Virus record (IMG/VR): IMGVR_UViG_3300043636_000005
Location: 1-58,004 of that record
Reading direction: 5' to 3' (one strand)
Source of the DNA: a virus
Lineage: Duplodnaviria; Caudoviricetes
Length of the DNA: 58,004 bases
This document shows positions 17,220 to 28,000 of this stretch, in pieces. The position numbers and the translations under genes were made by a program. The stretch's first letter is position 1, and each line of letters starts with the position of its first letter. Under the pieces are notes generated by a model that made no database searches, was not told the DNA's origin, and worked only from the letters and a program-made list of their open reading frames with translations.

Positions 17220-18925
17220 GCCAGCGCGCCGGGGTCGTAATAGGGCCCGACCGGAGCCCAGGTGAGGACCAGCGCGTCCGCATAGTCCGGCGAGAGGATG
17301 CCGCGCTTTTTCAGGGCGACCTTCGTTTCGATGACGATCTTGCCGGCGGTGTTGGTGTCGGCCTTCACCACCGACAGCTCCACGCCCAGCTTATCGCTTT
17401 CCGGGTCGCCCGAGGGGAGCAACAGGCATTCCTCGATATCATGGTCGACGCCGAGCCTGACGCCGTCCTCGTCAACCTCGCGGTCGATCCACTGGAGCTT
17501 CTCGTGGGACTTCTGGCAGGCTGTCCGACATGACCACCACAGGTCGCCCTTGAGGTTGCCGAACGTCTCATAGGAGGTCCGCTTGTCGGGCCATTTCTTG
17601 TTCTTCGGGGCCGGGTTGCCGGTGTTGATCGGCCGGACGGTCAGGTCAGCGGGCTTGTTCTCGGCGTGCTTGAGCCCCGATGTCACCCCCACGCCCACGC
17701 CGGGGGCGTCGTAGTTCAGCCGGCCGCAACCGTGCTCCACCGCCAGCGCCAGGGCCCACAGCGCGGTTCCGGTGGTGTCGGGGTCGCCCCTGGAGACCGG
17801 GCGGCGCACGCGCGGACCGTTGCGGCTGATGAAGACGGAGACGGCCTTGCCCGCCCCGACGTCCAGGCCCGCCACCGAAGGGGTGAGCCGCGGCGCCGGG
17901 CGAATGAGCTTGGCGAGGCGCTGGGCGGACTGCACCCAGGCGGCGGGGATGCAAACGCCCTCCAGGGAGGCCGCATAGTCGATCTCGTATTCCGACGCCC
18001 AGGCCGTGGGGTTGTGCTTGAGGCTCTCTTTTTTCGCCTTGACCCACGCCGGCGTCTTGCGGGGATCTGAGCTGTAATGCAGCCGGAAGACCCTGGCGGG
18101 GTCCATGCTCATCCGCTTGCGGAAGAACAAATTCCCCATGCCGTTGGCCGAACTGACCATCATCAGGGCGTCGGTGTTGGCGGAAATCGCCCGCTCGATC
18201 CCATCGGCGCCTTCGCTGAACGCCGTCTCATCCCAGACATAGACGGTGGAGCGGCCGCCCCGGCCCATCTCCTTGCCGGCCTCGCCGCCGATGGAGGCCC
18301 CGTTGGCCGGGTTGGTGAGCTTCATCAGCGAGGAGTGCTCGCGCCAGTTGAAGCCCTTGGGGACCATCCATTCGGGGAGCCGGCGGAGCATGATCCGCAG
18401 CTTTTCGAACAGGCTGTCTGCGTCGTCCTTGTCATCGACGTATTCGGCCTTGCGCGAGCCGAACGCCAGCTTGAAGCCGTCGACAAACAGCCAATGGTGC
18501 AGGCCCAGGCCGCAACACAGGTACGACACCCCGGTATCGCGCGACTTCTCGGTTATGCCCTCCTGGCCGGTGTCCCAGAGGTTGGCCGCCCAGCGAACCC
18601 AATCTTCCTGTTCGGTCCAGAGCTTGAACTGAACGAAGGGGATGCGGCGCTTTCCGGTCAGAGGGTCGATCTGCTGGAGGAGGCGGGGGTCATAGGTCCA
18701 GAGGTAGGCGTTGAAGAAATAGACCACGTCGGCGGCGCATTTGGCCATCTCGGCCTCGCGCCACTTCGCCTCGCTGGCGTCGACCGACCGGGAGGCGCGC
18801 GCGGCCCGCTCGGCCTCCTCGGCTTGCTCTCGGCCCTCGATCTCCCGCAGGCGCGCGGCGGCGGCCTTGGCGAGCTTGGCGCGGTTGGCGGGGTGCTGGA
18901 GGAGGTCGGCGACCTGGACGGACAT
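17216..18925 (-). CDS. terL: Terminase large subunit
   Basis: EKSRDTGVS Walker A, VYVWDE Walker B, GLDVG and SPDYADAL nuclease motifs. Confidence 0.93.
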   Translation of the reverse strand: MSVQVADLLQHPANRAKLAKAAAARLREIEGREQAEEAERAARASRSVDASEAKWREAEMAKCAADVVYFFNAYLWTYDPRLLQQIDPLTGKRRIPFVQFKLWTEQEDWVRWAANLWDTGQEGITEKSRDTGVSYLCCGLGLHHWLFVDGFKLAFGSRKAEYVDDKDDADSLFEKLRIMLRRLPEWMVPKGFNWREHSSLMKLTNPANGASIGGEAGKEMGRGGRSTVYVWDETAFSEGADGIERAISANTDALMMVSSANGMGNLFFRKRMSMDPARVFRLHYSSDPRKTPAWVKAKKESLKHNPTAWASEYEIDYAASLEGVCIPAAWVQSAQRLAKLIRPAPRLTPSVAGLDVGAGKAVSVFISRNGPRVRRPVSRGDPDTTGTALWALALAVEHGCGRLNYDAPGVGVGVTSGLKHAENKPADLTVRPINTGNPAPKNKKWPDKRTSYETFGNLKGDLWWSCRTACQKSHEKLQWIDREVDEDGVRLGVDHDIEECLLLPSGDPESDKLGVELSVVKADTNTAGKIVIETKVALKKRGILSPDYADALVLTWAPVGPYYDPGALA

Positions 18926-19284
18926 CAGCCGCCTTCAGCCAGGGCCTTGAGCTTGTCGGTGTCCATGTTGGCCACGAGCTGGGCGGCCTCGGCCTCGGTC
19001 AGGCGAAGGCCGATGCTGTTCCCGAAGCCCAGGTGCTTGCCCTTGCGCTCCAGAAACCACCGGGAGGTCGGCAGGTCGCCGGCGTGGATCGCCTGGGAGA
19101 TGTTGCCGCGCGCCGCGTTGAGGTCGATTTCCTCGGCGGCGGCGAGCACGGCTTGCAATCCCTCATCCTTCCTTAGCCGCTCCCAGAGCGCCACCCGGTC
19201 CATGCCGTACTCACGGGCGACAGCGGCGACGTTGCCGTCGTGCTTGATCAGGGCGGCGCCGAAGGCCTTGCGGGATAGTTTCAC
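18925..19284 (-). CDS. terS: Terminase small subunit
   Basis: HTH (GNVAAVAREYGMDRVALW) plus WFLERKGK. Coupled directly upstream of terL. Confidence 0.75.
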   Translation of the reverse strand: MKLSRKAFGAALIKHDGNVAAVAREYGMDRVALWERLRKDEGLQAVLAAAEEIDLNAARGNISQAIHAGDLPTSRWFLERKGKHLGFGNSIGLRLTEAEAAQLVANMDTDKLKALAEGG

Positions 19285-19288
19285 GGGG

Positions 19289-19645
19289 TCACGCTGTACG
19301 GTTGGAGGTGATGATGGCGCGGAAGGCCAGGACGGCGGCGTCCACGGTCTGGGCGGCTTTGCGAAGGGTCACGCTGTCACGGTCGACGCAGGAGACGACC
19401 TCGCCGCCGACCACCACCCGCCAGCCCTCCAGCTCCTCATGGTCGGACCCCACGGTCATGCGGTCCAGCCGCGGGCGGCCCTGATCGTCCATCGGGACAT
19501 GCACCCATCGCTTGATTGGACTGGAGACCTCCGCCAGGGCCCCGAGGAGGGCCGAGAGGTCGGCGCCAAGCTCGGTTCCGACCTGGGACACCGCGAAAGC
19601 CGTCAGGCGGTCCAGGCGGGCCTTGCTGAGGTCTCTGGCGTTCAT
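19289..19645 (-). CDS. Hypothetical protein
   Basis: GAGGA RBS, MNARDL start. Confidence 0.5.
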   Translation of the reverse strand: MNARDLSKARLDRLTAFAVSQVGTELGADLSALLGALAEVSSPIKRWVHVPMDDQGRPRLDRMTVGSDHEELEGWRVVVGGEVVSCVDRDSVTLRKAAQTVDAAVLAFRAIITSNRTA

Positions 19646-19658
19646 CGGGTAGCGGTCC

Positions 19659-19877
19659 TCAGAGGTCGGGGATTTTCGAGCCGTGCTCGGCCTGATATTG
19701 CTCCATAGCGTCAGCATGAGCCCGCGCGCTGGCGACGAGGCGTGGTGACGCACCCAGGCGCTCAGCTTCCGAGGCGTAGGCCCGAACAGACGCCGGCGCC
19801 GCGCGGTCCCTTGCCCGCACCACAAACACAGGCTCGTCATCGGCGATTTCCCCGAGGGTCCGACCGAACTCAGCCAT
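19659..19877 (-). CDS. Hypothetical protein
   Basis: DDEPVFVVRARDRAAP...KIPD, a recurrent small phage protein pattern. Confidence 0.6.
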   Translation of the reverse strand: MAEFGRTLGEIADDEPVFVVRARDRAAPASVRAYASEAERLGASPRLVASARAHADAMEQYQAEHGSKIPDL

Positions 19878-20034
19878 GGCCCTTGCCTTTCTTCGTGCGG
19901 CGCTCGTGGGCCGCCCTGGCGACCGCGGCGAACCGCGGGCCGTGGGTGTTGGCCGTGAGCGCCTGGGCGGTGTCCAGCGCCGCCAGCTTGGCCCGCTCGG
20001 CGGTCTCGTCAGCGATCGCGCGGCGCGACGACAT
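19870..20034 (-). CDS. Hypothetical protein
   Basis: TGATG-coupled to the upstream gene. Confidence 0.5.
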   Translation of the reverse strand: MSSRRAIADETAERAKLAALDTAQALTANTHGPRFAAVARAAHERRTKKGKGHG

Positions 20035-20459
20035 CAGACAATCACCTCGTCGTCGTCCTTGACCGCCGGCGCCGGGGGTTTCTTGCCCGGCTTCGGCTTG
20101 GCCTCGTGGCGCTTGCCGATCGACAGCTTGTCCAGCCGGGAGCCCGGCGCGGACGTGGCCGGGGTCAGCGGCGCGCCGATCTTGGAGGCGATGGAGACCG
20201 GTTCGGCGTCGAGCTGCGCCAGCATGGCCGCGCGGGTCTCGTCGGTCAGGTCGCCCCAGGCCATCGCCGCGAGGATGAAGCCGTGGTTCCGACTGCCGAT
20301 CTTCTCGCGCGCCACGCGGGCGTCCAGGGCGTCCAAGATCGCCTTGGGGATGCGCTGGGCGAGCGGGACCTTGGTCATATCGAACCGCTGACCCGTGAAG
20401 GCAACGGCGGGCTTCGCCGACTTGGTGGGCTTGGCCTTGGGGGTGGGTTTCTTTGCCAT
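20034..20459 (-). CDS. Putative ribbon-helix-helix regulator with C-terminal DDDEVIV
   Basis: VPLAQRIPKAILDALDARVAREKIGSRNHGFILAAM resembles the CopG/Arc fold. Lys/Pro-rich arms. Confidence 0.55.
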   Translation of the reverse strand: MAKKPTPKAKPTKSAKPAVAFTGQRFDMTKVPLAQRIPKAILDALDARVAREKIGSRNHGFILAAMAWGDLTDETRAAMLAQLDAEPVSIASKIGAPLTPATSAPGSRLDKLSIGKRHEAKPKPGKKPPAPAVKDDDEVIV

Positions 20460-20465
20460 GACCCT

Positions 20466-20510
20466 CTGATATCACCCATCCGCGATATCGTGCAAGACGG
20501 ATGATATCAG
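20466..20510 (-). promoter_or_regulatory. Promoter with three GATATC palindromes
   Basis: Minus strand CTGATATCAT-N5-TTGCAC-gatatc...-GTGATATCAG. Confidence 0.65.
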
Positions 20511-20521
20511 AGGTCGCAGGC

Positions 20522-21970
20522 CTAGGCGGGGACGGATGGCTCCCCGAAGCGCTCCACGAAGGCTTTTGCCGCCAGCGGCTTTTCACGCATGTCGATCTTG
20601 CCGGCCGGCGCCGGGGTCTTGCCGGTGCGGTGGACGACGTTGCTGGAGAAGCTCAGCGCGGTCTCGGCGTCGGAGGCGAAACGGTCCCAGTAGCCCAGGC
20701 AATAGAGCTTGCCGGCCTTGCGCCATTTCAGGGCGCGCTGATAGATGCCGTCGATGTAGACCGGGTCATCGCCGCCGGTCTTGCCGTTGTAGAGCAAGGG
20801 CAGGCCCTTGGCGTCGCGCGGGATGCCGGTCCTGTCGTCCCAGCCGGTCCCCCATTCGATCATCCCCAGCTTGACGTCCGGCCCGAGCTTGGCGGCGATG
20901 GCCTCCATGCGGTCGAACAGCGGGCCGCCCTCGGCTTTCCAGCGGGCGGACAGCACGGCGTCGCGCTGCGCCGGGGTCATTTCGTTGGTGACCTGCGAGG
21001 CCCTGGAGTAGCAGCCGTTATAGGGGTCGTTGCTGACCACCTTCACATTGAGCGGCGTGCCGGCCTTGACCACGCCCACGAGGCCGGTGGCGGTCATCGC
21101 CGCCGCGTCGGCCGCTGAAATCCACACGCTGTCTTCCAGCGGCGCCATGCCGCCCGAGACCTGACGTGCGGCGTTCCAGATCATCTTGGCGCCCGGCATG
21201 ACGGAATGGATGGTGTCGCCGATGTGGTTCATCGCCAAAATCCACCACCCGGCCTCGCCGATCTTGGCGCTGTTGGGGAACCAATCGCCGGTGTGTTCCT
21301 GGCTGCGGAAGTCGGCCTCTATGTGGTTGTCGACCAGCCTTTGCACCAAGGCGCGGAGCTGCGGGAAATAGGCCTTGGCCGGGCCGTTCGGGCCTTGCGC
21401 CAGCTCCCGCAGGGTGAAGGCCGGGCGGTTGGCCGGGCGCAGCGAGACCGTCGCGACCTTGGCGATATCATTGGCCGCCTTGGCCGCGTCCCAGCTCTTT
21501 TGCGCCGCCGCCAGGGTCTCGGCGTTCGGCCAGCGCTCCACCGGGTTGTTCAGCGGAAGCGCGATGATCGGGCGTTCGCCGGCCCGGATCTTGCCGAGGA
21601 AGGTGCGGGCGTTGTTGGCGAACGGATAGTCCGCGTGCGCCTTCTGGTCGTTCCAGATGACCCAGTTCAGCAGCGGCTCGTTATTGACGAAGCACAGGGC
21701 GAAGCTCGTCGGATAGCCCAGCAGGCCGGTGATATTGCCTTCGGCTTCGCTATAGCGCGCCATGACCCCACGAAACGGGCTGGTCGTGTGCTTGAAGATG
21801 AAGTCGGCTTCCTTGCCGACGCCGGGCCGGTTGACCGGGGCGAATGGATCGGCCGGCGGCCAAGCCTTCTGCAGGGCGGCCAAGGCCAGCTCGGCGGCGG
21901 CCGTGTCGCCGCCGGCGGCTTTCAGGTCCGCGAGTAATTTGGTGAGCGCGTCGAAGGGACTGGCGTCCAT
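20522..21970 (-). CDS. Glycoside hydrolase, GH26-like (clan GH-A)
   Basis: FRSQEHTGDWF (acid/base-like) and LGMIEWG (nucleophile-like) motifs. Confidence 0.55.
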   Translation of the reverse strand: MDASPFDALTKLLADLKAAGGDTAAAELALAALQKAWPPADPFAPVNRPGVGKEADFIFKHTTSPFRGVMARYSEAEGNITGLLGYPTSFALCFVNNEPLLNWVIWNDQKAHADYPFANNARTFLGKIRAGERPIIALPLNNPVERWPNAETLAAAQKSWDAAKAANDIAKVATVSLRPANRPAFTLRELAQGPNGPAKAYFPQLRALVQRLVDNHIEADFRSQEHTGDWFPNSAKIGEAGWWILAMNHIGDTIHSVMPGAKMIWNAARQVSGGMAPLEDSVWISAADAAAMTATGLVGVVKAGTPLNVKVVSNDPYNGCYSRASQVTNEMTPAQRDAVLSARWKAEGGPLFDRMEAIAAKLGPDVKLGMIEWGTGWDDRTGIPRDAKGLPLLYNGKTGGDDPVYIDGIYQRALKWRKAGKLYCLGYWDRFASDAETALSFSSNVVHRTGKTPAPAGKIDMREKPLAAKAFVERFGEPSVPA

Positions 21971-22045
21971 GGGTCTGGCCTTTCGGGTGGGGTGAGCGCG
22001 CCATGATAGGCCGCCCACCCCTGCCGAAACAGCCTGACCGCGGTC

Positions 22046-25000
22046 CTAGTTGGTGGACCGCAGATAGATCGGCGTCACGTCGCCCGCATTGGTCAGTTCA
22101 TAAGCGATGGTTCCGGCCGTCGAGGTGTCGCCATAGGTCAGGGCGAGGGGGGCGACGTTGTTGGTGACCGACATCGCCGCGATGATCCCGAGGCTTTCCG
22201 CGGCGACGCCCATGGCGGGCTCCATCCGGTAGGACGACCACGCCCGAGCGGAGAAGCTCGGATGGGTCGGGGTCGCGTAGTTGGTGCAGACCGCCGCATC
22301 GGGGACGAAGGCCTCCAGGGGCTCGGGGATGATTTGGTTGGTCCCCCCGGAGCTGCCGCCGATCCCGCCTTGCAACATGATCCGCACGCCGGCCCCGGTG
22401 CTGTCGTCGTAGGCGCAGACCCGCAACAGGTGGCTGTCGGCCGGGTAGGAGTGACAGCCGATGGTCTTCAGCGACCGCGGCGCCGAGCCGTCCGCCATGT
22501 TGCTGTCGTTGGCGTCGAACATGAAGCCGGCGTTCTTCATCTGATAGACCGGCTGGCGGACATAGTTCTGGTCTGGGAACCACAGCCGCCCCGTCCCTGG
22601 CTCGACTTCCGTCATTTGCAGGGCGTCGAGGGAGTAGGTGGAGGCCATCGCCGTGGCCACCGCCGCGGGAATGCGGCTGTCGCCGCTGTTGGCGTGCCAG
22701 TAGATCAGCCCCAGGACGAAGTTGTGGACGTTGGCGAACACCTGGGTCCGTTGGGTCAGGTTGCCGCCGGCCGCCGACAGCGCCAGACCGGATTGCGGCA
22801 TGTCGCTGGAGAGGCCCGAGGGGCTGTTGTTGCAGTCGTAATAGTTGCCCAGGGCGTCGGTGTAGATCTGCCCGAAGCTCATCACGTCCATGATGGTGGG
22901 CGTGGTGCCGAGCGCCGCCGCCGCGGCATAGGCCCGCGCCGTGAACTCGTAGTTAGCGGCGGAGTAGTTCGGCGGAACATCGCGCACGGTCGGGGCCCAC
23001 CGGGTCTTAGCGGTGGTCATCGGCGTGCGGATGGTCATCGGCTGGACGGCAGGGTCAGCCGCGCCAACCGTCAGCGCCGGCGCCGCCACGACATTGGCGA
23101 TCAGCCCCGAGGCCGAAACCCCCGGCGTCACATAGGGGTCGACCGTCACCGACGTCGTGCCGGCGACGCCCGCGGAGGGCGAGCCGTACTTCGGGAGCAC
23201 GGACGGGAGCCGATAGCCCGCCGTGGCTTCCGAGCCCGTCCCGGCGGCGTCCATGCCGGTGCGGTAGGGGATGCTGAGCAAGGGCAGGGCCGTGCCGATA
23301 TAGTCCGCGCCGATCAGGAAGCCGCAATTGAAGGTGCGGCCGTCCGCGGTGGTGAAGCTCGTCACCTTGGTGCCGGTCTTGGTGACCGCGTTCATCCCGC
23401 CCGAAAGATAGATCGGAATGTCCTTGCCCGGCATGGCGCCGGTGGTCTTGGTCGGGTCGAGCATCCGCCGCGCAATGGCGTTCCAGTGCCGGCTTTCCGC
23501 ATCGACGGCGGTTTGCTGGTCGCTGGCGTTCTGAACGGTCGGATCGAAGTTGGTCCGGTTGCCGTACTTGTTGGCGTTAATCCAGGTGATCATGTCCTTG
23601 AAGATGCCGGACACGTAAACGTTGCCGGTGGCCTTGGCGTAGTTGATGTCCATCAGGTCGAGGCCCTGCGCCAAGAGCCCGCCGAGGCGCCAGAGGTGGG
23701 TTTGCCCCTCGTCCCCGACGATCACCACGGACAGCGCCGGGTTCTTCCGCTTCGCCGCGTAAGCCGCGATCACCGCCGGCATGGTCAGGCCGTAGACCAC
23801 GATATCAGCGGTGACCGTCGCGGGTTGATAGCCGGGTTCGAAGACGTTCGGCCGTCCCGAGGTCTGCGGGCCGTGGATGTCTTCGATGGCCGCGCCGATC
23901 TCCTCCGTCAGGGCGCGGGTTTTGCCAGCGCAGAGCAGGAAGCAAGACAGGCTTCGGGCCGATCCGGTGGAGTTGCCCGGCGCGTGGCCGATGCCGATTT
24001 CAACCGCCGAGGTGATCGCCGCCGAGACCGACGACACCGCCCCGTCGACCACCGGCCCGCGGTGCGAGGCCATGAAGGTGGCGCTCGTGGTGCGGCTGAC
24101 CGCACACCAGCCTTGGCCGTTGAAGTAGCCGACCGAAGGGGCCGTGACGATGGCCCCCATCATCCGGGTGCGCATCTGCACCGCGGTGTCGCAGCAGACG
24201 ATTTGCAAACCGTTGGCGCTGACATCCTGGGCGCCGCAGTCGACGTTGACCGCCGTCGCCCCCGTGGTGTTCGAATAGACGCCCATGAAGGCGCTGTTCG
24301 GGTCGATCTGCGACAGGTTGAAGCCGGTCCCGAGGTAGATCACCGACGAGAAGCCAGACCAGCCGGTCCCGGCCGTGAAAGTCACCGTCCCATATTCCGT
24401 CAGGACCGCCCCGGTGGGGTTGATCCAGTTGATTTTGGACTGCGCCTTGTTGACCGCGAACTTGCATTCCCAGAAGCCCGCGGGCTTGCCGGCGGCGAAG
24501 TCCGCATAGACCCCGGCGGCCTTCAGGCGCCGCACGAGGCGGTCCATGTGCCATTGGATGGCGGTCGAAGGCGCCGTGCCGCCATTTGCGGCGGCGTAGG
24601 CGGTGACCACCGCCTGGGTCTCGGCCTGGATAGCGAAGGTCGGGAGCACCGCCGACGGGGTGACGGTGAAGGTGACCGTGGTCGTGCGCGGGCTGTTCGG
24701 CGAGCCCACGAGGGTCTCGACAATCGGCCCCGAGAAGTTGCCGGCCGTCGCCGCGCCAGGGCCGACCAGGACTTGGGTCTGGTCGGAGCTGATCTTGTAG
24801 CGGGTCTCGCCGGTGGGGACCGATAGGGTGGACCCCGCCGTCTTGCCGCCGATGGTGCCGATGACGGTCCCTTCGGCGTCGCCCTGGGTGAAGGTGGCCG
24901 GCGAGACAGTCAGGCCCGACAGCGAAGCGACCGGCGGGGCGATGACGCGGATTTGCCGGCAACGCAGGAAGCTGCCGATGACCGACGCATCCGGGGCGTG

Positions 25001-28000
25001 CGGCGGGGTGGCGTATTCGTCGTTCCAGTGCGAGCGCAGGGCGTAGTTCAAGATCACGACCATCGGCACGTTCAGGTAGCCGTTGTTGGCGATCTTGCGC
25101 ATCGAAACGCCGTCCACGAACCACTCGACGGTCGTGGCGGTCCAGACGAGCGAATAGGTGTGGAACTCGGTCTTGTCCCAGCCCACCGGCATATCAACAA
25201 TCGAGGCGCCGGTGATCGACGGAGGCTCAGCGCCGGAGACCAGATAGCCCGGCGTATGGAATTCAAGCCGCCGGTCGTTGTCGGTGAGGATTTCGACAAT
25301 GTCGATTTCCTTGCTGGTCGCCTGATCATAGAGCCAGAAGGCCGGGTGGCCGCCGGGCTGGTAGACCGCCGGCATGGAGATTTCGGCTTCGAACGTCCCA
25401 TACTTCTGGGCGAAGCTCGGGAGCGAATTGATCATCCCCGAGCCGCGGGTGAACAGCGCGCCGTTGGCCACCACCGGCGGTGGCAATCCGCTGCCCAGAT
25501 CGTTCGGGTAGGCGCCTTGGAAATAGGTGTTGGTCCCGGTCAGCGCGCCGACAGTGATCCGCAGGCCTTCGCCAGGGACAATCGAGAGCGGCTGATAACC
25601 TTGCTTGTCCTGGGTGGAATAGAGCTGCCATTCCCACGGAAGCGAGCGGCTGGCCGGCAAGCCCCAGACGCCGTCCGAGGTGTTGAAGGTCGGCGCCGGG
25701 CGCCAGAAGCCGCCATGATTGGTCGGGCTGTAGAGGTCGAGGGTGGCGAACTTCTCTTGCAGGAGATAGCTCACGGTCCCAACCGCGTCGATCATCATCC
25801 GCTCGGCGTTGCGCACGTCCTGCGAGCGCACGGCGTCGGACGAGACCATGACTTGCGCAATGGCCCCGCTAAACCCGAAGACGCTGTCCCAGGTCGTGGC
25901 GCTGTTCTTGATCGCCCCGAGGGTCAGTTGGCCCAGGGTTTGCGAGGTCGAGGAGGCGCCGTTGCCCGAGGCCAGGAAGTAGCCGTCCTTGAAGAGGCTG
26001 ACCGTGGTCCCGTCGAACACGATGGTGACGACGTGCGGTTCATCGACGGTGAAGCCCGCCGCCGGCGAGGAGATGTTGGCCCCGCCGGTGCGCGAGACCC
26101 CGACGCCGTCATTGGCGGCGAAGAACACCTGGATGGGCGAGCCCGAGCCGGTCTGACCGATGGCGATGGGCCGCGAGCTGACGCCGGGCGCGCCGCGGGT
26201 CATCGCCAGAACCATGGTGAAGGGCTTGTTCACCCCGCCAAGTTCGGTCTGGAAGACGGATGACACCGCATCCAGGTGGGTCGGGGTGGCCTTGGTGAAC
26301 CCGCCCATGGGGACGCCGCCGACCAGCTTATAGACCGGCCGCGACGCCGAGACCGCGTTGGAGAGGTCCGCCGCGCCCATCTTGTCCTTGACCAGGGCGA
26401 TGGTCTGCGTGCCCGAGGTCGGGACCGCAGGCGTGGCGCCGGCGGTGTCGGAGAACACCTTGGTGGTGTCGGTGAAGTCCCACCAATGCTTGAGGTTGGA
26501 CCAGGACAGCGGCGTCCAGATGGTCGAGACGTTGATTGCGATGGCGAACGGCGTCGACTGGCCGGCGGCGTTGGTCGCGAAGCCCGTCACGTTGACGGTC
26601 TGGGTGAGGTTCGGCGCGGTGCCGGCGATGGTGAACGAGCGGTTCCCCGCGCCCATGGTGACGACTGCCCAGCTCTGGTCGGAGGCCACCGACGTATAGG
26701 TGTGGGTCAGGTCGCCGGAGTGGAAATCGGTATAGGCCACGGTCTGGTTGAGCGATCCGTTGGCGTTGACGCCGATCACGGACGGGAACGAGGCCTGTTT
26801 GACCGGGGCCACCTTGAAGGTCAGCCGCGCGCGCCGGCCAGCGCCGCCGGCGTTGAAGCTGCCGAGGAAGTAGACGCAGACCGTGCCGCCTTCGGTGGCC
26901 GGCGGGGTCCAAGAGACCGTCTTGGTGGCCGCGTTGTACGTCATGCCGCCGGGGAGCTTGGTGGTGGCGTTGCGGGTCAGGGCGCCGGGGCTGTCGTAGC
27001 CGTAGAAGCCGCCGACCACCTCCACGACGTCAGGGACCGAACCGCCGTTCCACACCGTGCCGGGCAGGACCCAAGGCGTGATGGGCGTCCCCGCCACGGC
27101 CGCGACCGTGCCGAGGTCGACGGTGGCGAGGTTGCGCGGCGAGCCTTGCGGCGACCACGAGCGGACCATGAGCAGCTTGGTGTCGGACGGCCATTCGATG
27201 GCGTTGAAGGCCCGCGCGGACATGCCGGACTGGCCGTAGGGGCCGGCTCCGGCGCCCAGGCGCAGGTCATGCGCGCCCTTGAAGCGGCCGATGTTGTTGA
27301 CCGCCTCGCCGCGCTTGGCGAGCACGCCCTGAACATCGAAGTCATCGTAGAATTCGATCTTCGTGGCGGTCTTCTTCGCCATGAACCAATAGGGGCGGTC
27401 GTCGCGGATATCGAGGAAGTAGGGGGTTTCCGAGCCCGCGCCGCCGCCGTCGACGCCGTTGATGATCGAGTTCACCCGGATGAAGGTCTGTCCGAGCGTG
27501 CGCGTCGGGGTGTCGGCGGGTTGGCCCTTGAAGATTTCGGGAACGTCCAGCTCGCCGCCGTCCGGCCAGAACTGCGCCGAGGTCCAGAGGAACGAAGACC
27601 AGTAGCCGACCAGCGATCCGGCCGGGGACTGGAACTTGCACTCCACGATGAAGTCGCCCTTGGCCGACAGCACATAGCCGGGCGCGGAGTAGATCATGCC
27701 GGCCAACAGCGAGGGCTTGCCGCCAGGGCAAAGCGAGAAGGTCGTCGGAAGCGTCGGGAGTAGAACGCTGTCAGGCTCGCGGATGTTGAAGTTGCAGCCG
27801 TTGCCGCCGCCGTTCGCGGTGATGGTGTCGAGGCCGAAGGCGGTCGGCGACTGGCTCCGCGCCCCGCGCCAATATTGGTCCATCCCCATCGACCAGCCGC
27901 CGGACGGGTCCAGGCCCATCCACGGCACATGAATGGGGCCGGTCTTCCAGGCCGCGTTGGGCGCCTCGTTCGGGTGCCAGCGGGGCGGGGCGGCGCTGAA

